Assembly: GCF_000011805.1 (NCBI RefSeq)
Contig: NC_006840.2
Source: Aliivibrio fischeri ES114
Lineage (GTDB): Bacteria; Pseudomonadota; Gammaproteobacteria; Enterobacterales; Vibrionaceae
Strand: one strand, 5' to 3'
Length of the DNA stretch: 32,000 nt
Shown in pieces: positions 11,327-18,690 of the stretch. Below the pieces are notes generated by a model. That model was not told the origin of the DNA, made no database searches, and worked only from the letters and a program-made list of their open reading frames with translations. A program made the translations under genes and the position numbers. Position 1 is the first letter of the stretch; every line of letters starts with the position of its first letter.

Positions 11327-12196
11327 TTATTTTTTACCCGTTACTTTTTTTGCTAATTCTGATGATTTTTTATCTTTTAGATAAATGTTCTCATAACAGT
11401 GGTTCGTTGCTTCGATATAACCTTCAACGCTGCCACAGTCAAAACGCTTACCTTTAAATTTATAAGCTAAAACACAGCCTGATTGTGCTTGTTTTAGTAG
11501 AGCATCGGTGATTTGAATTTCACCGCCTTTACCTGGTTCTGTCTGCTCGATTAACTCAAAAATATCAGGAGTTAGGATGTAACGACCAATAATAGCTAGG
11601 TTGCTTGGTGCTGTTCCTGGCTCTGGTTTTTCTACCATGTTATCAACACGGTATAAATCATCTTTGATCATTTCACCAGAAATCACACCATATTTGTGCG
11701 TTTCGTTGTCTGGAACTTCTTCTACAGCAACGATAGAACAACGGAATTGCTTGTATAAAGCAACCATTTGAGCCAATACGCCTTGCTCTTCGTTCACACA
11801 TAAGTCATCAGCAAGTACAACTGCGAAAGGTTCATCACCTACAAGTTCACGACCTGTTAAAATTGCATGACCTAAGCCTTTCATTTCACGTTGACGAATA
11901 TAAGTGAAGTGGGCTGAATCAATCAGTTCGCGAACATCTTCAAGAAGTTCTTCTTTGTTTGTACCACTGATTTGGTGCTCTAATTCGTAGTTTTTATCAA
12001 AGTGATCCATTAAAGAATGTTTACCACGACCAGTAACAATACACATACCGTCCATACCAGCATTGATTGCTTCTTCAACACCGTATTCAATAAGAGGCTT
12101 GTTTACAACAGGCATCATTTCTTTTGGCATTGATTTTGTTGCTGGTAAAAAGCGTGTGCCGTAGCCTGCGGCAGGAAATAAACATTTTTTGATCAT
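11327..12196 (-). CDS. galU: UTP-glucose-1-phosphate uridylyltransferase
   Basis: 289 aa. N-terminal signature LFPAAGYGTRFLPATKSMPKEMMPVVNKP and ...VEKP.PG.APSNLAIIGRY. SD AGGA upstream. Confidence 0.95.
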   Translation of the reverse strand: MIKKCLFPAAGYGTRFLPATKSMPKEMMPVVNKPLIEYGVEEAINAGMDGMCIVTGRGKHSLMDHFDKNYELEHQISGTNKEELLEDVRELIDSAHFTYIRQREMKGLGHAILTGRELVGDEPFAVVLADDLCVNEEQGVLAQMVALYKQFRCSIVAVEEVPDNETHKYGVISGEMIKDDLYRVDNMVEKPEPGTAPSNLAIIGRYILTPDIFELIEQTEPGKGGEIQITDALLKQAQSGCVLAYKFKGKRFDCGSVEGYIEATNHCYENIYLKDKKSSELAKKVTGKK

Positions 12197-12376
12197 AATT
12201 CAGTCCTAGAAAGACAATATTTAAAAATTTAGGGGAGGCTTCATTTTGAGTCTCATTATTATCGACGCAGTTTATCGACTTAGGTGTATGAAATGAAGTG
12301 CTTTCATCAAAAATAGAGCTCCGTATCATTATTAATGTGATTTTCTCTTTAATAAGCATGAAAACCACATGTAAAA

Positions 12377-12781
12377 CTAGTGCTGCATTAACTCTTTAAA
12401 CCAATCCCAAACACCAAAAGAAAAGTTATGGAAAATATCAATACCTAAGGCTGATTTGATTAGATACAAAGCAAAAATGGCCAGTCCTAATATACAAAAA
12501 ATGCCGATGGATATAAGAAAGGTAAGTATTAATAATGCAAAAGGAGACTCTTTACGTAACTGTTGTCGATAATCTCGCCCCAGAAGGAAAACAAAAAAAT
12601 AGCGCTTATTAAAAACAGAAATACTTTTTCTAATATCAACACGATTATTTGAACCTAACCCTGTCGCAATGATCGCGCGTTCAATGGATTCTTTTTGTTC
12701 TTCAGAGAGCTCATCAATGACATTTTCATCTAAAGAAGAATAGAAATGCTCAAGTAACTTTTGTTGTCTATGATTGCCCAC
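12377..12781 (-). CDS. Small membrane protein of unknown function; last gene of the polysaccharide operon
   Basis: 134 aa. Acidic helical N-terminal half (LSEEQKESIERAII), then two hydrophobic segments (YFFVFLLG; FALLILTFLISIGIFCILGLAIFALYLI). It overlaps the upstream GT4 gene by 14 nt, which suggests translational coupling. Confidence 0.55.
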   Translation of the reverse strand: MGNHRQQKLLEHFYSSLDENVIDELSEEQKESIERAIIATGLGSNNRVDIRKSISVFNKRYFFVFLLGRDYRQQLRKESPFALLILTFLISIGIFCILGLAIFALYLIKSALGIDIFHNFSFGVWDWFKELMQH

Positions 12782-13901
12782 TTAATACCTTCTTAGTTAA
12801 TGCTCTTTGGTAAACCGCCATGGTTTGAGTCGCTATTTTTTCCCAGTCGTAATATTCAAGATAGGATGCATAATTGATGCTGCTATATTCATTTTTAGCA
12901 TGCTGAGCGAGTTGTAGTGTTAATTCTTCGGTATTACCAATAGAGAAATACGTATCTGGGGTTAGTTTTACCTCTAAGTTAGCCGGAATATTACTTACAA
13001 TTGCAGGTAAAGAATATGACATAGCTTCAAGTAGAGCGATAGGCAAGCCTTCATGATATGACGGCATTACAAACGTTTTTGCTTGAGAAAAAATGGCTTG
13101 CAGTTCTTCACCTTTTAAAAAGCCAGTAAGAATAACTCCGTCAACATTTTTTGCCTGTTGTTTGAGTTTTTCACTATAAGGCGTAGGGTGATCGGTATCT
13201 CCCATAATAACCAATGGAATATTAAGGTTCGCTTGTTGATAAGCGTCAATGAGGTCATGAAATCCTTTCTCTTCTACAAAACGACCTACCGCAACAAAGT
13301 AATTTCCTGCTGTGAGTGCAAATTTAGATAGAGTTGAGTCTATTTTTTCTTGCGGCAATTGTGTTGGGAGTTTTACACCATTATAAATAAGGTGAGCATC
13401 GTAGCGATTGTATTTTTCTTTGATAATGTCATTGATTACTTCTGAAATAACAATAATCTCATTTGCGTAAGTAGCCGCTAACTTTTCACCTAGCTTAAGA
13501 ATACGTTTGGCAAACCCTCCCCATTTTTGACGGTCATAATCAGGGCCATGATGGGTGAAAACGACTTTTTTTCCTAATAAGCGTAATAAAGGAACAACTA
13601 ACCCAGGTCCTATTGCGTGTACATGTATAACTTTAGAACCGTCAAATAATGTGGTTAACGATGCGAGTGTTGAGTGAATTATCGCTTCAAGGGATTTTTT
13701 CTTAGGAGCCCAAACGGCTTTGGTTTGAACCCCTTGAAATGAGGATATTTTATAGTCCACATAAGGTGAGCGTGCTATTACGCAGATATCATTATCAAAT
13801 TGACGATGAATTTCAGGATAAAGGTGTTGGCAATGAGTTTCTACGCCACCTAATACATTAGGGATGCCTCTAGTGCCAATGACGGTGATTTTTTCTGTCA
13901 T
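12768..13901 (-). CDS. GT4-family glycosyltransferase (DUF1972-like N-terminus)
   Basis: 377 aa. N-terminus ITVIGTRGIPNVLGGVETH and retaining-GT EX7E motif EGLPIALLEAMS. Confidence 0.8.
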   Translation of the reverse strand: MTEKITVIGTRGIPNVLGGVETHCQHLYPEIHRQFDNDICVIARSPYVDYKISSFQGVQTKAVWAPKKKSLEAIIHSTLASLTTLFDGSKVIHVHAIGPGLVVPLLRLLGKKVVFTHHGPDYDRQKWGGFAKRILKLGEKLAATYANEIIVISEVINDIIKEKYNRYDAHLIYNGVKLPTQLPQEKIDSTLSKFALTAGNYFVAVGRFVEEKGFHDLIDAYQQANLNIPLVIMGDTDHPTPYSEKLKQQAKNVDGVILTGFLKGEELQAIFSQAKTFVMPSYHEGLPIALLEAMSYSLPAIVSNIPANLEVKLTPDTYFSIGNTEELTLQLAQHAKNEYSSINYASYLEYYDWEKIATQTMAVYQRALTKKVLSGQS

Positions 13902-13905
13902 GTTA

Positions 13906-15111
13906 TTATCCTTTCAATAGTTCTTGATATAGATTTAGTAAATCGTTTTTATGTTTAGTTAGCGTGTACTTACTTAAAAAACGCTCTCTTGCATTTTTTC
14001 CCATATCAATGGTTTTTACAGGTTCTTTCACCAGTAGATCCAGTTTATCAGCAAGCGCTTGAGCGTTACCGGCTTCAAATAAATAGCCGTCAATCCCATC
14101 TTTAATTTGTTCTGGTATCCCACCAATTTTTGAACCTATAACCGGTTTCCCATAAGACATGGCTTCTATCACTGACATCGAGCAGTTTTCATAACACTCT
14201 GATGGGACAATCACGGCTTTAGCTTCTTTAATTAGCGTTAAAAGCTCTTCACCACTTTTGAAACCAAGTAGCTCTGCTGTGGGGTAATTCTCTTTTAATT
14301 GATTAAATTCAGGGCCATCTCCAACGATTTTTAAGCCTGCTTTCTCTGTCATCAATTGATGAGCTTCTGCTAGCGTAGGAACACCTTTCTCTTGACTTAA
14401 ACGCCCAAGATAAAGGTAGTAACCATTATCTTTTATTCCCTCTAAAGAAACGTTTTCATCAATGCCATTAACGATGACTTCAATGCGGTTATGTGGCAGT
14501 TTTTGTTGAATGAATCGTCCTAAAAAGCGACTTGGAGAAACAATAGCATCTAGATATTGATAATTTTTGCTGATTTTTTGATATATCGCTTCTAAAGATA
14601 ATAAGACACTTTTACTTAATGATCCTTCTTGGCAGCGATACTTAGTCGCATTCCAAACTGAGCCATGAACACAAGCTTCACATGTATGGCCATTACGGTA
14701 CATGGTGTAGCTTGGACAAGCTATTTTAGTATCGTGGGCAGTAAGTACTGTTTTACAGCCAAACTGCTTAGCTACTTTAATAATTGATGGTGTGAGCTGA
14801 TGATAGATATTATGAAAATGCACCAAGTCGGGCTTTTCTTGCTCTAATAGAGCTTGCAACTTTTCACATGCTTGTCGGTTATGAATAAAATTAATGGCTG
14901 TAGCTAGTTTGTCTTTTATGGTTTGCTTCTGATAATAATCGACATTTTGAACAAAAAACTCAGAGTATTCAGATTCAATATTTTTCTCATGCTGCATCGA
15001 GAACTCAACAATCTTTACTCCTTCAGAAAGGAGCATATCTCGCTCTTGGAAGTAAACCGTTTCTGCGCCACCTTTCATAAAAAAGAATTTATTAACTAAT
15101 AGAATTTTCAT
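13906..15111 (-). CDS. GT4-family glycosyltransferase
   Basis: 401 aa. MKILLVNKFFFMKGGAETV N-terminus, C-terminal motif ECYENCSMSVIEAMSYGKPVIGSKIGGIPE. Has a Cys4 insertion at residues 132-160. Confidence 0.8.
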   Translation of the reverse strand: MKILLVNKFFFMKGGAETVYFQERDMLLSEGVKIVEFSMQHEKNIESEYSEFFVQNVDYYQKQTIKDKLATAINFIHNRQACEKLQALLEQEKPDLVHFHNIYHQLTPSIIKVAKQFGCKTVLTAHDTKIACPSYTMYRNGHTCEACVHGSVWNATKYRCQEGSLSKSVLLSLEAIYQKISKNYQYLDAIVSPSRFLGRFIQQKLPHNRIEVIVNGIDENVSLEGIKDNGYYLYLGRLSQEKGVPTLAEAHQLMTEKAGLKIVGDGPEFNQLKENYPTAELLGFKSGEELLTLIKEAKAVIVPSECYENCSMSVIEAMSYGKPVIGSKIGGIPEQIKDGIDGYLFEAGNAQALADKLDLLVKEPVKTIDMGKNARERFLSKYTLTKHKNDLLNLYQELLKG

Positions 15112-16106
15112 TTTTTACCCTCGTTAATAACGGTATGTGGTGGTGGTGTTTTTGGATCTTTTAAAGGAATAAATAGCCCTTTAATTAAGCCTGCCGCAAA
15201 GACTGAAAGATTTAATACGCTTTGAAGGGCATCTCTAATAGAACGATTTTTTATTGTTTTTAATCCGATGAAAGCGAATAGAGGTAAGGAAGTCGCTCCA
15301 ATTAATATTGGATTAAATGAAAGTAATGAAGCGAATAAAATGAATAAATAGACAGCAAAGATAGCTTCATTCTTAATGGTTTTTAGGGCGTGTGAAAATA
15401 ATGGCGTTCCAAAAGCGCCTTTCACTAATTCTCCAGGAGCAAAAAGGTAGCCGCCTTTCCAGCGATGTTTCATTAATGCTAATGACGACATGGTGTAGGA
15501 TGTATGGAAAAAATAAGGAACATCAAGACGATGTAATTTATACCCTGCGTGAGTTAAACGCATTCCTAATTCTGATTCTTCGTAAGCATGAAGGTTACGA
15601 TTGGTTAAATAGTCAATTTCATCAATGGCCGTTTTTCGATAAAGGCCTCCGCCACCTAAATGTGAGCAATCACCAATAGGATAAATTTGATGAAGACGCT
15701 GTTTGCGAGATTTAAACTCATAACTATCAACATCATCCATTTCTACAGAGCCCGCAACGCCTGCATATTGAGGGTTCTCAAGTAAGAAGGATACACCTTG
15801 TTCAATAAACCCTGATTCCAGTTCCATATCACCATCAAGAAGTAGCAGGAAATCGCCTTCACTATAAAGGTAACCAAGCTGATGTCCGACACCGCAGCAA
15901 CGATCTTCTGGCTCAGTAAGAGAAACAACCGTTACGTCCATTTTTGTGGCGATATCTTGAGTGTTGTCGGTAGACAAACTATCAGCAACAATAATTTTAT
16001 GAGGGTATACCCCCATATTTTTTTTGATGCTGGAGATAGTTTTCTCTATGCCTGCTTCTTCATTATAAGTCTTGATAATGACTGAGATAAATGGAAGTTT
16101 AGTCAT
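15108..16106 (-). CDS. GT2-family glycosyltransferase with C-terminal transmembrane helices
   Basis: 332 aa. ISVIIKTYNEE start, DxD (LLLDGDME), YEESELGMRLTHAGYKL block, then about 3 hydrophobic helices. ATGA 4-nt overlap with the next gene. Confidence 0.8.
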   Translation of the reverse strand: MTKLPFISVIIKTYNEEAGIEKTISSIKKNMGVYPHKIIVADSLSTDNTQDIATKMDVTVVSLTEPEDRCCGVGHQLGYLYSEGDFLLLLDGDMELESGFIEQGVSFLLENPQYAGVAGSVEMDDVDSYEFKSRKQRLHQIYPIGDCSHLGGGGLYRKTAIDEIDYLTNRNLHAYEESELGMRLTHAGYKLHRLDVPYFFHTSYTMSSLALMKHRWKGGYLFAPGELVKGAFGTPLFSHALKTIKNEAIFAVYLFILFASLLSFNPILIGATSLPLFAFIGLKTIKNRSIRDALQSVLNLSVFAAGLIKGLFIPLKDPKTPPPHTVINEGKK

Positions 16107-17478
16107 GGTTTTCTGCCGCCGTGATCAGTGATTTTCGGATCACTAGGTTTGAGCCTAATGATAAGTAAAAAAGAAATTGAAGCATGGGAACAAGCATCAA
16201 TATTTGACTATATGGAAGGCTTAATAAACACCCGATGGCAAATGCATTAAATGCTGGTGGATAGCTCATTAACCTGATGTCTTCTTTGGCTACATCCTTG
16301 CGATTAAATAAGGGGGTAGGTTTACAGACCTTAAGGATATAGATTGTCATTGAAATGAAAAAAAGCGTACCTATGATGCCTAATTCCCATAAAAGAACAC
16401 TAAGAGCTGTTGAATCGAGAATGACATTAAAAACCACATTTAAAAAACCGGGAGCTACAGCACTACCGTGGTTTGTGGTATTTAATCCATAACCAAATAG
16501 CGTACTTGGTAAACCGAATAAATCGTTATGCTCTAACCAAAAGAAGATAGTGGTCATTCGACCTAGCTCACCTGATGGCATTATGTAGTTGGGATCAAAA
16601 ATATATTCTAATGAATCAATAAATATATCTAACGGTCCTTTGGTTGGATCACTACCAAAAGCGGATGAGTAAGAAAGAGAAAGCAGTAAGATAGCAATAC
16701 TCATAAGTAGTAGCATGCCACTCACAATAGCTAAGATAATTTTAATATCATAACTTTTCATTCCCTTAATATAACTTGGAGCAAGCCATACATAAGCCAG
16801 TAGTATAGGGGAGAGTAAAATAACAAATTTAATCTCACCTAAAATACAGAGAGTGAACGCGGCACCAATATGTAAAATCGTTGATTTTATTGTTGTTAAG
16901 CCGTGTTTATATTCTGAAAGTTTTAATAGCATTATCAATAAACAGAATAGTCCCATCGCTGCGGTATTTCCCCCCCCCATAGGGTCGCCGCCAAAGGTTC
17001 CTACGACGGAATCCCACTTTTCAAACTCACCTTCAGATGCAACCCGCTGGGGTAAAATAACAAACACTTGATATAAGACGACGGGAAATTGAGCATAGAA
17101 AATCCAATAGAGTGTTTTCGTGACTCGATAGATTTGTGATTCGCGACAAAATCGAAGTAATAAACAAAATAGTATTAATGAGAGTGCAAGTTCATTCTTT
17201 AGACCAACGATTGTTATCGTAACTCCGTTTTGTAAGTAAGTACTAACTAATGCAATGCCAAAAAAACCAAGAAAGAGTATCAATATGATCATTTCTTTAT
17301 GGTCTAAATTCAGGGGAGAATAACGAACTTGTAGTAATAATAACCCCGTCATGGCGAAAGCGAGTAAAAACGGCAACCATAAAACTGCAGAAACACCTGT
17401 GAAATATTGCGTCGAACCGCAAAAAACAAGAGTAAATATGGCGTAGATTTGAAGATATAAGCCCGTATTCATTTTCAT
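16099..17478 (-). CDS. Wzy-like polysaccharide polymerase (O-antigen ligase/polymerase superfamily)
   Basis: 459 aa with about 10-12 TM helices. Periplasmic-loop motif NHGSAVAPGF...LLWELGIIGTLFF resembles the Wzy_C signature. It sits between the flippase and the GTs. Confidence 0.6.
   Translation of the reverse strand: MKMNTGLYLQIYAIFTLVFCGSTQYFTGVSAVLWLPFLLAFAMTGLLLLQVRYSPLNLDHKEMIILILFLGFFGIALVSTYLQNGVTITIVGLKNELALSLILFCLLLRFCRESQIYRVTKTLYWIFYAQFPVVLYQVFVILPQRVASEGEFEKWDSVVGTFGGDPMGGGNTAAMGLFCLLIMLLKLSEYKHGLTTIKSTILHIGAAFTLCILGEIKFVILLSPILLAYVWLAPSYIKGMKSYDIKIILAIVSGMLLLMSIAILLLSLSYSSAFGSDPTKGPLDIFIDSLEYIFDPNYIMPSGELGRMTTIFFWLEHNDLFGLPSTLFGYGLNTTNHGSAVAPGFLNVVFNVILDSTALSVLLWELGIIGTLFFISMTIYILKVCKPTPLFNRKDVAKEDIRLMSYPPAFNAFAIGCLLSLPYSQILMLVPMLQFLFYLSLGSNLVIRKSLITAAENHD
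16970..16978 (-). repeat. G9 homopolymeric tract (C9 on the plus strand) inside the wzy-like CDS
   Basis: The plus strand reads tttc+cccccccc+at. On the coding strand this is ATG GGG GGG GGA (M-G-G-G, about residue 167-170). Confidence 0.95.
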
Positions 17479-17480
17479 TA

Positions 17481-18686
17481 TTAAGCATCTTCCTTAGCTA
17501 AAAGGTGTGCTCTTTTGTTTACTTTTAAATAAATAAAGGCGTAACGAATAAAGGATAAAACCGCAAATAATAAAACAGAATAAGCGTAATCTTTGTGGAA
17601 GTAAGGAAATACAACAAAAGCGAGCACGATTACTAGTAATTGCTCAATTTGAATGCGAAGGAAATATTTTGGTGAACCAAATACCAATTCAATTACTGTT
17701 AGAGGACACACTGCCAGTGCCGGTAATAAATAAGGAAGCATATATCGAGAGGTTGGTACCGAGCTTAGCCATTCATCATTAAAACCTAATTGCATGATTA
17801 AAGGATAAAAAATTAATACACCAGCGGTCGCGATTAAACCTAATACCAATAACATTAAGCGAACTTTTTTAAACTCTTGGAAATTGAAAGTGTTATTTCG
17901 AAAATCAATGGACCACTTTGAAAAAATAGAGTTTCTAACAGCATTACCAACAATAGTCACTGGAGCCAAACAAAAGCGATTAACAACAGCAAAATAGCCA
18001 GCGGTTAATGGAGAAAACCAAAAGTTAATTAATAGTGTAGGTAGATTATTGTTAGCCATAGCAAGTACTTCAGCACTCCCTATTCCTGATAAATGACTTC
18101 GGTTTTCTTTAATAAATGCTAAATTATTTGAAAGCGAAAAGTGAGATATTGAAATTTGAGCAAATGAGACTGAATAGGTCAGCCATGCACAGATAAGGAA
18201 TAATAATCCTGCTGCCCAACAAAAATAGAATGACTCGATATTTGGAGTAAGGAATATAGCGCCGATAACCAATAATGAAACAGAGATTCGTTGGAAGGCT
18301 AATAAACGGATATTTTCTACGCGTAGCAATAAGTTTTCAGATACAAGAATCCAAGCATGACAAAGCGTTAGAACATAGAGTATGTATCCATTTTGCTCAA
18401 AAAATAGCGTCATGATGTAGCTGTAAGGAAGAGCAATAAGCATACTCTGAAGTAACGAGAATACGATATTTTGCGATAAAGTATGGTCATTTTGCTTTGG
18501 TAACAATAACTGTGATGCAAAAGTACAAATTTGAGCCCCAATTAAAACAATACTGTACACAAGCGCATAAATGCCGACCTGTGACATATTGTATTTATGA
18601 GATATAAGCCAAATTGAAATTGCACCAATGATCTGAGAAATCACTGATGCTCCTGCTATCGTAGTAATACTTTTTAGCAAGCTCAT
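17481..18686 (-). CDS. Wzx-like oligosaccharide flippase (MOP/polysaccharide biosynthesis protein family)
   Basis: 401 aa, entirely polytopic. N-terminus SITTIAGASVISQIIGAISIWLISHKYNMSQVGIYAL is typical of Wzx-type proteins. Confidence 0.6.
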   Translation of the reverse strand: MSLLKSITTIAGASVISQIIGAISIWLISHKYNMSQVGIYALVYSIVLIGAQICTFASQLLLPKQNDHTLSQNIVFSLLQSMLIALPYSYIMTLFFEQNGYILYVLTLCHAWILVSENLLLRVENIRLLAFQRISVSLLVIGAIFLTPNIESFYFCWAAGLLFLICAWLTYSVSFAQISISHFSLSNNLAFIKENRSHLSGIGSAEVLAMANNNLPTLLINFWFSPLTAGYFAVVNRFCLAPVTIVGNAVRNSIFSKWSIDFRNNTFNFQEFKKVRLMLLVLGLIATAGVLIFYPLIMQLGFNDEWLSSVPTSRYMLPYLLPALAVCPLTVIELVFGSPKYFLRIQIEQLLVIVLAFVVFPYFHKDYAYSVLLFAVLSFIRYAFIYLKVNKRAHLLAKEDA

Positions 18687-18690
18687 ATTA

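Noticed and set aside
12087-12368. A 93-aa ORF spanning the galU 5' end and the galU-operon spacer.
   Set aside because: It overlaps the galU start region out of frame, has no recognisable motif and no SD. The spacer is better explained as galU promoter/UTR.
15459-15473. An M-K-H-R-W motif in the GT2, followed by C-terminal TM helices. It resembles the QxxRW signature of processive synthases (BcsA/PgaC/NodC), which would imply a synthase-type enzyme inside a Wzy pathway.
   Set aside because: The defining Gln is absent. The preceding YEESELGMRL block matches the generic non-processive GT2 pattern (F/Y-x-ED-x-D-L-x-x-R). There are too few TM helices for a translocating synthase.
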